From positions 8,149-72,148 of the forward strand of contig JAFUEX010000012.1 of assembly GCA_017470165.1 (NCBI GenBank): a stretch of 64,000 bases of DNA, in the 5' to 3' direction. Each line of letters starts with the position of its first letter. The first letter of the stretch is position 1. The stretch comes from Alphaproteobacteria bacterium. GTDB lineage: Bacteria; Pseudomonadota; Alphaproteobacteria; RF32; CAG-239. The position numbers and the translations under genes are program-made. Below are positions 57,883 to 64,000 of this stretch, piece after piece. Below the pieces are notes generated by a model. The model searched no databases. It saw nothing but the letters and a program-made list of their open reading frames with translations, and was not told where the DNA came from.

Positions 57883-59274
57883 TTAAAAAGGAAATTTGCC
57901 GCCCATGCCTCCGAAGGGGGTGCCCCCGAACGGAGATTTTTTTAATACAGCAGACCCGAGCAGTTTGGAAAGACCGCCGAATCTACCCATTTGCTTCATC
58001 AAGGCCGACATTTGCTCATAAGACTTGAGCAATTTGTTGACCTCCTGAACTTCTACTCCGGCGCCGGCGGCAATTCTTTTCTTGCGCGACGCCTTGATAA
58101 TGTCGGGATGTCTTCTCTCAGACAAGGTCATGGAGAGAATTATCGCCTCCTGTTTTTTAATAATTTTATCACCGCCCGCAGCCTCAACCGCGCCGGCAAA
58201 CTTGTTCAATCCGGGGAGCATCCCCATAATGCCGCCCAAAGAGCCGATTTTTTGCAATTGGCGCAACTGCGCAAGCATATCTTCCAAATTGAAAGTGCCC
58301 TTCATCATCTTGGCGGCCATCTTTTCGGCATCTTCTTGGTTGATGCGGTCAATGGTTTTTTCTACCAAAGAGACAACATCGCCCTGCCCCAAGATGCGGC
58401 CGGCCAGTCGGTCGGCGTGAAACTCCTCCAAGTCATCGGTCTTTTCGCCTAAACCTAAAAATTTAATCGGAACATTGGCCACCATTTTCATCGACAAAGC
58501 GGCACCGGCGCGCGATGAGCCGTCAATACGGGTCAAAACCAGACCGGTGATGCCGATTTGCTCATTAAACTCCTTGGCTACAACACAAGCATCCTGACCA
58601 AGCATGGCATCGGCCACCAGCAAAACCTCTGTCGGATGGGCTATTTGCTTGACCTCTTTGACCTCGTCCATCAGGGCTTGGTCAATATGCAAACGACCGG
58701 CCGAATCCAAAATCACCACATCAAAACATTCGCTCTTGGCAACCTTAAGTGCTCGCTTTGTTGTATCTTGCGGGGTTTCACCCTCTATAATCGGCAATGA
58801 ATGCCCGCCGATTTGTGCAGCCAGTTGCTCCAACTGCAATTTTGCGGCCGGACGATAAATATCCAAAGATGCCAACAAAACTTTTTTGCGCTGTTTAGCG
58901 GCCAAGCGCTTGGCAATTTTGGCGGCAGTGGTGGTTTTGCCGGAGCCTTGAAGCCCCACCATAAGCACCACAACCGGCGCCGGAGCATTAAGATTAAGCT
59001 GCGTATTATCTGCTCCCAAATGCCGTACAAGCTCATCGTGGACAATTTTTATCACCATCTGGCCAGGCTGAACGGAGCGGACAATCTTCTCACCTTGAGC
59101 TTGCTGTTTGACTTGAGCAATAAAGTCTTTTACCACCGGCAAAGCCACATCGGCCTCCAGCAGAGCCACTCTTATCTCGCGCAAAGCTGCATCGACATCT
59201 GCCTCGCTCAATACCCCGCGCGAGGTGATTTTATTGAATACAGCGGTCAACTTATCGCTCAAATTTTCAAACAA
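57883..59274 (-). CDS. ffh: signal recognition particle protein Ffh
   Basis: It has the N domain, the G domain (GLQGSGKTTT, DTAGR-like DSAGRL, TRIDG-like) and a Met-rich M domain. Confidence 0.95.
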   Translation of the reverse strand: MFENLSDKLTAVFNKITSRGVLSEADVDAALREIRVALLEADVALPVVKDFIAQVKQQAQGEKIVRSVQPGQMVIKIVHDELVRHLGADNTQLNLNAPAPVVVLMVGLQGSGKTTTAAKIAKRLAAKQRKKVLLASLDIYRPAAKLQLEQLAAQIGGHSLPIIEGETPQDTTKRALKVAKSECFDVVILDSAGRLHIDQALMDEVKEVKQIAHPTEVLLVADAMLGQDACVVAKEFNEQIGITGLVLTRIDGSSRAGAALSMKMVANVPIKFLGLGEKTDDLEEFHADRLAGRILGQGDVVSLVEKTIDRINQEDAEKMAAKMMKGTFNLEDMLAQLRQLQKIGSLGGIMGMLPGLNKFAGAVEAAGGDKIIKKQEAIILSMTLSERRHPDIIKASRKKRIAAGAGVEVQEVNKLLKSYEQMSALMKQMGRFGGLSKLLGSAVLKKSPFGGTPFGGMGGKFPF

Positions 59275-59477
59275 AACTCTTATCCTTTTTGCTCTTGCGC
59301 TTGTATATAAACAACTACACGCCAGTGTGCGAAACCTCGCTGACTGACGGCACTCCGTAGAGTGGGTTGAATTTTCAAGTGCTTTAATTAGAAAATCTGG
59401 GTGGTTTATAAAACCATTTTTCTATTCTGTCAAGAGTTTTTTGCGCCTATATAGCTTTTGATGAGAAAGGAGAATTA

Positions 59478-61073
59478 ATGCATATAGTGATTATCGGCGG
59501 GTCAACCACGGCCATCGGCGCGGCGGCACATTTGCGCCGCAACTTGGAGAAGGCGACCATTACACTGGTTGCAAAATCACCTGATTTGGGAGAAGCCTTA
59601 TGCGGCATACCGCAGTTTTTGGGAGGCCATATCGCCGCTTTGGATGATTTGCAAACTGCCTCGGCTAAATTGTTGGAAAAAACTTTTAAGCTGCGAGTGC
59701 TGCTCAACACCGAGGTGATAAAAATCGACCCGCAACGGCAGATATTGCATTATTCCGCCAATCACCGGCTGTATTATGACAAACTGTTGCTGGCTGATGA
59801 GCCCTTGCGCATAAGACCGGATATCAAAGGGATTTTGAGCGATAATATTTTTACCCTGCACAATGCATCGGCAGCGCAGCGGGTGAATGATTATTTTTGG
59901 GGACTTAATGCCAAAAGGATACTTATCTTGGGCGGTGGAATGATGGGAGTGCAAACCGCAGTTGCATTGGCACAAAACGGCGGTGAGGTAACCATTGCCG
60001 ACCACGCCGGACATATCCTCAAATACGCGGATGAAGAATTTGCAAAATACGCAGAAAAAATTATGCAAAATCATAATATTAAAACAATAACTTCAACCAA
60101 AATGAAAGAATTTTCACCCCTTTATGCTATTTTTAACAACGGCAAAAAAATACCTTATGATATGGCAATTATTGCCACCGGCAGCCAACCGGATATGCGG
60201 TTGCCGATAACCACCGGCATTCTATCGGGAGAAGGCGGAGGAATAGCGGTTGACTGTTATATGCAAACCAATATCAAAAATATTTATGCTTGCGGTAATG
60301 GGGTCGAGCTGAAAAATTCCATCAGCGGACAGCCGTTTCGCATTAGCAATGCAGTCTTGGCAGCACAGTCTGCCAAAGCTGCCGCGGATAATATTTCGGG
60401 CATAACCAAAACGCTGCCAAGAGTGTTTAATAATGAGATAATTCGTATTTTTGATTATTATTTAGGGGTGTGCGGCGCCAGCGAAGAGGAGTTGCAGAAT
60501 GCTGATATCGACTATCGCAAAGTGTATGTGAACTCCGAAAGAAATGAAAACTACATCGTACCGACAGAAAAATTGTGGCTGAAACTGCTGTTTTCACCCA
60601 AAGGTGAGATTTTGGGTACACAAATTTGGGGAAAAAGCGGAGTTTTTACCCGACTGAATATTGTGGCAGCCTATATGCAACATAAAGGCAGCGTGCAAGA
60701 TTTGAGCGAATTTTATATCGCTTATACCCCGCAACTGGCCAAAACCAAAGATATCTTGGCTATAGCAGCGACACTGGCGGTAAAGATTAATGATAATCGT
60801 CTGAGGGTGATTAGGTGGAAGGAGTTGCAAAAACAAGATATTGTGTTGAACGTCGGTGCCAAAATCACACTAAAAGACGGCGGTTTCGAGGTTTGGCATA
60901 TACCTTTCGGGCAGCTTAGGGAACACTTGAGAGCTTTGCCCAAAGACCGTATTATCGCCCTATTCTGCCGCAACGGCTATTCGGCATATTTGGCTTATTG
61001 TCTAATGAGCCAAAGCGGATTTGATAATGTCTATCTGCTAAACGATGCGTCTGAGTGGGATGAAATTGGTTAA
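59478..61073 (+). CDS. CoA-disulfide reductase/NADH oxidase family flavoprotein fused to a C-terminal rhodanese domain
   Basis: It has IVIIGGSTTAIGAA (FAD) and the redox Cys in ALCGIPQFLGG. A second Rossmann reads ILILGGGMMG, and the rhodanese loop is FCRNGYSA. Confidence 0.8.
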   Translation: MHIVIIGGSTTAIGAAAHLRRNLEKATITLVAKSPDLGEALCGIPQFLGGHIAALDDLQTASAKLLEKTFKLRVLLNTEVIKIDPQRQILHYSANHRLYYDKLLLADEPLRIRPDIKGILSDNIFTLHNASAAQRVNDYFWGLNAKRILILGGGMMGVQTAVALAQNGGEVTIADHAGHILKYADEEFAKYAEKIMQNHNIKTITSTKMKEFSPLYAIFNNGKKIPYDMAIIATGSQPDMRLPITTGILSGEGGGIAVDCYMQTNIKNIYACGNGVELKNSISGQPFRISNAVLAAQSAKAAADNISGITKTLPRVFNNEIIRIFDYYLGVCGASEEELQNADIDYRKVYVNSERNENYIVPTEKLWLKLLFSPKGEILGTQIWGKSGVFTRLNIVAAYMQHKGSVQDLSEFYIAYTPQLAKTKDILAIAATLAVKINDNRLRVIRWKELQKQDIVLNVGAKITLKDGGFEVWHIPFGQLREHLRALPKDRIIALFCRNGYSAYLAYCLMSQSGFDNVYLLNDASEWDEIG

Positions 61074-61125
61074 AAATTCGGCTTGGATAATAGTTGATAT
61101 CAGGCGGATACTGCAGCCGGTAAAC

Positions 61126-61162
61126 AAAGAAAAAAGCGGGTTGTTGCCAACTCGCTTTTTTT
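61126..61162. terminator. bidirectional terminator
   Basis: aaaaaagcggg-ttgttgccaa-ctcgcttttttt. Confidence 0.55.
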
Positions 61163-61164
61163 AG

Positions 61165-61524
61165 CTAACGCCCGTACATACGTTTGTACATATTATAGAA
61201 GCGCAGAGCTTCTTCTTTATCGCAATCGTATGTCACGCTATCACTGATGAGCAGCGACAAAGCGCTAAGATTAGCCGGATCAAATTTATCAACCTTAGCC
61301 AATCTTATTAGCTTCGGCCAATCACGATCAATAATGGCATCGGCCTCTACACTGCTTTTGCAACGAGCGGCCAAAGAAACACATTCGCCATCGTGAAAGC
61401 CGTATTTGGCATCATATTTACGAACCAACTCTTCGGTTAGTGAATAGTCACCGTAAGATGCCCACTTCTTAAACAAGGCAGCTTCCTGAGACGGAGCTAC
61501 TTTTTGCAATCTAAAATTTTCCAT
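61165..61524 (-). CDS. hypothetical protein (119 aa)
   Basis: ORF track entry. No family recognised. Confidence 0.5.
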   Translation of the reverse strand: MENFRLQKVAPSQEAALFKKWASYGDYSLTEELVRKYDAKYGFHDGECVSLAARCKSSVEADAIIDRDWPKLIRLAKVDKFDPANLSALSLLISDSVTYDCDKEEALRFYNMYKRMYGR

Positions 61525-61704
61525 AATTCTTTTTTTATTTATTAATAATCAGATAACGGTTTGGTTTATACCATATTTTATGAGCTTACGCAAGACAAAT
61601 TTGGTAAAAAAATCAGCCGCCGCGATATTTTTTCACAAAAAATATAAAAAAACACTTGCAAGTTGGAAAAAAGTGGGTTATTAGGTTGGGCGTTGGAAAG
61701 TTAT

Positions 61705-61780
61705 GGTCCCATCGTCTAGCGGTCTAGGACATCGCCCTCTCACGGCGGTAACGCGAGTTCGAGTCTCGCTGGGATCACCA
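61705..61780 (+). tRNA. tRNA-Glu(CUC)
   Basis: ggtcccatcgtctagcggtctaggacatcgccCTCTCACggcggtaacgcgagttcgagtctcgctgggatcacca has a Glu-type D arm, anticodon CTC and an encoded CCA. Confidence 0.9.
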
Positions 61781-61787
61781 ATACAAG

Positions 61788-61816
61788 CGGCGCTTAGTTT
61801 TAAGCGTCGTTTTTCT
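61788..61816 (+). terminator. tRNA-Glu intrinsic terminator
   Basis: cggcgctta-gttt-taagcgtcg (one G-U pair) followed by tttttc. Confidence 0.7.
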
Positions 61817-62131
61817 TTTTAAATCAAGCACTTAATTGAATTCGAAAGTTTATTTTTTGAAAAAGCACATTTTGGGATATTTTACGAACTTTCACGAATC
61901 ATAAAGGTAATTTTAGTCAATTAAATTAATAAATTAGACAATTTTTAGGTGGTCAATTTACACGTACGTTTTTGCAATTAGATAAGTTGACATTATCCTT
62001 GGCTGTGTCAGGAAAAACGCCGGACACGCGTTCTTTCGGAGTATAATCAATTAGGCGGTATATTAAAAGTTTTAATGCACGTTGGGCGAATAATCGCCGA
62101 GTTGTTTGGCTGTTTTCAAATTATTATTCAT

Positions 62132-62216
62132 CATTTTGCAGATTCTGCTTGCCTCTATCTTTTTTGACAATATAATATTCATTGTAATTAGGTAATTTAT
62201 AAGACATTTTGCAGAT
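62132..62216 (+). repeat. 12-bp exact direct repeat cattttgcagat (62132-62143 and 62205-62216) bracketing 61 bp
   Basis: Read directly. The 73-bp offset is not a multiple of 3 and coincides with a frame change in the radical-SAM-like remnant. Confidence 0.8.
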
Positions 62217-62447
62217 GACAAAAGGTTTGTTTTTCATAGTCCTTTCTTTACGCCAAAAGATTGTTTTGTGGGTCGGATTTTACATATAAATCCTTGGGGA
62301 TACTTTACACCTTGCCCGCTATCTAATAAAGTTTTGGGGAACATCTTTACGATTTCTGACGAAGACTTAGATACTTTAATAAACAATACACCAAAACTCA
62401 TTTGTTTAAATAACGAGGATATAAGAAATGATGCAAAGCAATATTAA
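62196..62447 (+). pseudogene. C-terminal remnant of a radical-SAM enzyme with a twitch/SPASM-type auxiliary-cluster motif (no start codon; upstream parts frameshifted or lost)
   Basis: This is a stop-free frame with no Met: ...FHSPFFTPKDCFVGRILHINPWGYFTPCPLSNKVLGNIFTISDEDLDTLINN...KLIC...*. It contains C-x11-G-x4-C, which fits CX9-15GX4C, followed by GN. It overlaps the PqqD-like start by 20 nt. Confidence 0.4.
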
Positions 62448-62718
62448 GTTAGTGCTAAGTCCTAAAGTAATTACCAGGAAGCAAGATGGTAAGTTTTATT
62501 TATACAATCGAGATACTGAAAATGTGCTTGAATTGAATAGTATTGGCATGGAAATTGTTGAAAAACTTCAAACAAAAATTTCCTCTGAGGAATTAGCCAT
62601 ATATTTTTCAAATAAGTATAATATTTCTGTTGATGAAGTAATTACCGATATTAAAGATTTCATAGAAGCATGTATTGATAAAAAGTTCTTGTTGCAGGTA
62701 GAAAATGAAGACTCTTGA
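62428..62718 (+). CDS. PqqD-family protein (RiPP recognition element-like peptide chaperone)
   Basis: 96 aa reading ...KFYLYNRDTENVLELNSIGMEIVEKLQTKISSEELAIYFSNKYNISVDEVITDIKDFIEACIDKKFL. This matches the PqqD pattern (x-LN-x-G-x-I-W..., E.., Y.v...D...F...L....l). SD gagga lies upstream. Confidence 0.65.
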   Translation: MMQSNIKLVLSPKVITRKQDGKFYLYNRDTENVLELNSIGMEIVEKLQTKISSEELAIYFSNKYNISVDEVITDIKDFIEACIDKKFLLQVENEDS

Positions 62719-63901
62719 TGTTCTGGAAAAATTGATAGCCTTTGATACGGATGTTCAGAACTCTTCATTGGGTGCTGTACATTTTGTGGCAAACTATCTT
62801 TCAGACCACAAAGCAAATGTTTCACTTATTAGTAAAAACTATGGAGGACAACAGGATGCTAATCGTGAATCATTGATTGCATCGTTCGGAGAGATTGAAA
62901 AACCGGGAATTATATTTTCAGGACACTTGGATACCACAACAATAGTTGAACAAGAATATTTATGGGAGCGAGATCCTCTTAAAATGACTGTCGTTGATGG
63001 TCGTGTTTTTGGTAAAGGTTCAACAGATATGAAAGGAGCAATTTCTGTTCTTTTATCGCAAGTTGAAAAATTGAAAGTATTAGCAAAAAAATATCCTGTA
63101 CATATTGTTTTGACACATGATGATGAAGAAGGAGTTTTTACAGCTATAAATCAACTGAAAGACAATAATTTTTATAATCTTTTTCCCATAAAACAAAAAG
63201 GTTGTATTGTTATGGAACCATCGGAGTTACATCCGGTAAGTGCACATCGAGGAAACAAAAGAATATCCGTAGATGTTTATGGCAAAACTGCTCATGGAAG
63301 TGTTCCCCATATGGCTGTTGATGCTGTTTATTACACATTTCAGCTTTACAAAAAAGCAAAAGAGTTGGCTAAAATTTATTTCACCGAACAAGATAATCGT
63401 TTTGAATATCCGAGAACAAGTCTAAACATAAGTAATTTTCACGCCGGTATGTCTGATTCAATGATTCCTGATAAATCTCATTTTGACTTAAGTTGTCGAT
63501 ATGTTCCGAATGAGAATATTGAAAAATTTTTTGAAAGATTTTATTCATCTATCAGAATTATAGAAGATGAGATGAAAGAAAAATCTCCTGAATGTTCTGT
63601 TATCATTACAAAGAGAAATCACGTTCTTCCCTTAAACACAAAACCAAACAGTGAGATTTTAAAACTTGTGCAATATTCTGCTAACAATAATAATGCAAAA
63701 TCCGTAACATATGGTAGCGAAGCCGGATATTTTCAGAGCATGGGGATTGATACTGTTATTTGCGGTCCTGGTAATATAATGTACGCTCACAAACCAAACG
63801 AATTTGTTTTAATGGCTGATTTAATAAAATACGAAAGATTTTTATCAAATATGATATCTTTCAACAATTTTCACAGAAAGGAGTTTTTTAGAAATGATTA
63901 A
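62705..63901 (+). CDS. M20-family metallopeptidase (ArgE/DapE/acetylornithine deacetylase-like)
   Basis: It has FSGHLDTT...W..DPL...DGRVFGKGSTDMKG, then LTHDDEEG, MEPSE, the AHRG.. dimerisation region and SEAGYF...ICGPG....AHKPNEFV. Confidence 0.85.
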   Translation: MKTLDVLEKLIAFDTDVQNSSLGAVHFVANYLSDHKANVSLISKNYGGQQDANRESLIASFGEIEKPGIIFSGHLDTTTIVEQEYLWERDPLKMTVVDGRVFGKGSTDMKGAISVLLSQVEKLKVLAKKYPVHIVLTHDDEEGVFTAINQLKDNNFYNLFPIKQKGCIVMEPSELHPVSAHRGNKRISVDVYGKTAHGSVPHMAVDAVYYTFQLYKKAKELAKIYFTEQDNRFEYPRTSLNISNFHAGMSDSMIPDKSHFDLSCRYVPNENIEKFFERFYSSIRIIEDEMKEKSPECSVIITKRNHVLPLNTKPNSEILKLVQYSANNNNAKSVTYGSEAGYFQSMGIDTVICGPGNIMYAHKPNEFVLMADLIKYERFLSNMISFNNFHRKEFFRND

Positions 63902-64000
63902 GCTTGTTATTCCCTCTTCTAAATATAAACAAACATTTATATCAGCCGTTAAGGAAATAAAAAAACTTCAAGGTTTCATCTCTCCGTCAGTGCAACAATT
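63894..64000 (+). CDS. N-terminus of a further coupled gene (cut by the window end); weak resemblance to starts of some GNAT acetyltransferases
   Basis: My own translation gives MIKLVIPSSKYKQTFISAVKEIKKLQGFISPSVQQ... The ATG overlaps the M20 stop (ATGATTAA). Confidence 0.35.
   Translation, partial: MIKLVIPSSKYKQTFISAVKEIKKLQGFISPSVQQ

Larger units (their letters stand above)
61810..64000. other. AT-rich genomic island abutting tRNA-Glu (continues beyond the window)
   Basis: Sequence becomes visibly more AT-rich than the preceding 60 kb. Codon usage is AT-rich, and the four reading frames overlap in series. Confidence 0.55.

Noticed and set aside
59275-59477. SRP (4.5S) RNA next to ffh.
   Set aside because: The conserved domain IV helix motifs (GGAA/AGCA-type symmetric loop context) are not visible. 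Only a weak hairpin is present.
62075-62167. A 30-aa ORF (MHVGRIIAELFGCFQIIIHHFADSACLYLF) upstream of the PqqD-like gene, considered as a RiPP precursor peptide.
   Set aside because: It has no SD, and it lies 260 bp from the RRE gene with a pseudogene frame in between. Its sequence joins in frame to the radical-SAM remnant when the 73-bp repeat unit is removed, so it is better explained as part of the decayed maturase gene.
62124-62237. A minus-strand 37-aa ORF (MKNKPFVICKMSYKLPNYNEYYIVKKDRGKQNLQNDE) and further minus-strand fragments down to about 61900, considered as integrase, excisionase or toxin remnants next to tRNA-Glu.
   Set aside because: I found no recognisable integrase, Xis or RelE motifs. 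The region overlaps plus-strand frames with better (radical-SAM-like) signal, so the idea cannot be supported by eye.

Overview
This is a 64-kb chromosomal segment from a Gram-negative bacterium. The Omp25-like barrel, S16 with an Ala-rich tail, adjacent mfd/recG and an Rnf complex hint at an anaerobic or host-associated alphaproteobacterium-like lineage, but that guess is weak. I support about 60 tightly packed protein genes with many start/stop overlaps, three intact tRNAs (Val-UAC, Thr-CGU, Glu-CUC) and one orphan 3' fragment of tRNA-Ser(GCU). No rRNA, CRISPR array or intact IS element is visible.

The core genes are:
- HU, hisS, aspS, rpsD, cobB, fabF-fabD and divergent mfd/recG.
- yejE-yejF.
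- The block apbE-rseC-rnfBCDGEA.
- dsbD.
- The operon ffh-rpsP-rimM-trmD-rplS.
- A CoA-disulfide-reductase/rhodanese fusion.

Spots worth a second look:
1. An AT-rich island right after tRNA-Glu (61.8-64 kb, runs off the window). It holds a decayed radical-SAM twitch/SPASM remnant, then tightly overlapped PqqD-like (RiPP recognition element), M20 peptidase and a further gene.
2. Stacked att-like tRNA-Ser 3' fragments marking the right end of an integrated element (1-910).
3. A stand-alone murD overlapping a PP-loop gene, a candidate MurD2/MurL L-Glu epimerase route.
4. An Asd homolog that has lost every catalytic motif.
5. An HTH protein fused to about 10 tandem repeats of roughly 21 residues (beta-solenoid-like).
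6. A 918-aa membrane protein with an acidic tail, co-operonic with yejEF and with no yejAB.
7. A zeta/epsilon-like toxin pair embedded in a five-gene overlapping operon with a histidine phosphatase.
8. A motor-only FtsK.
9. An AT-rich islet of four orphan genes (45.2-47.7 kb).

All functional calls come from reading the translated ORFs and recalling family motifs. No database search was run.
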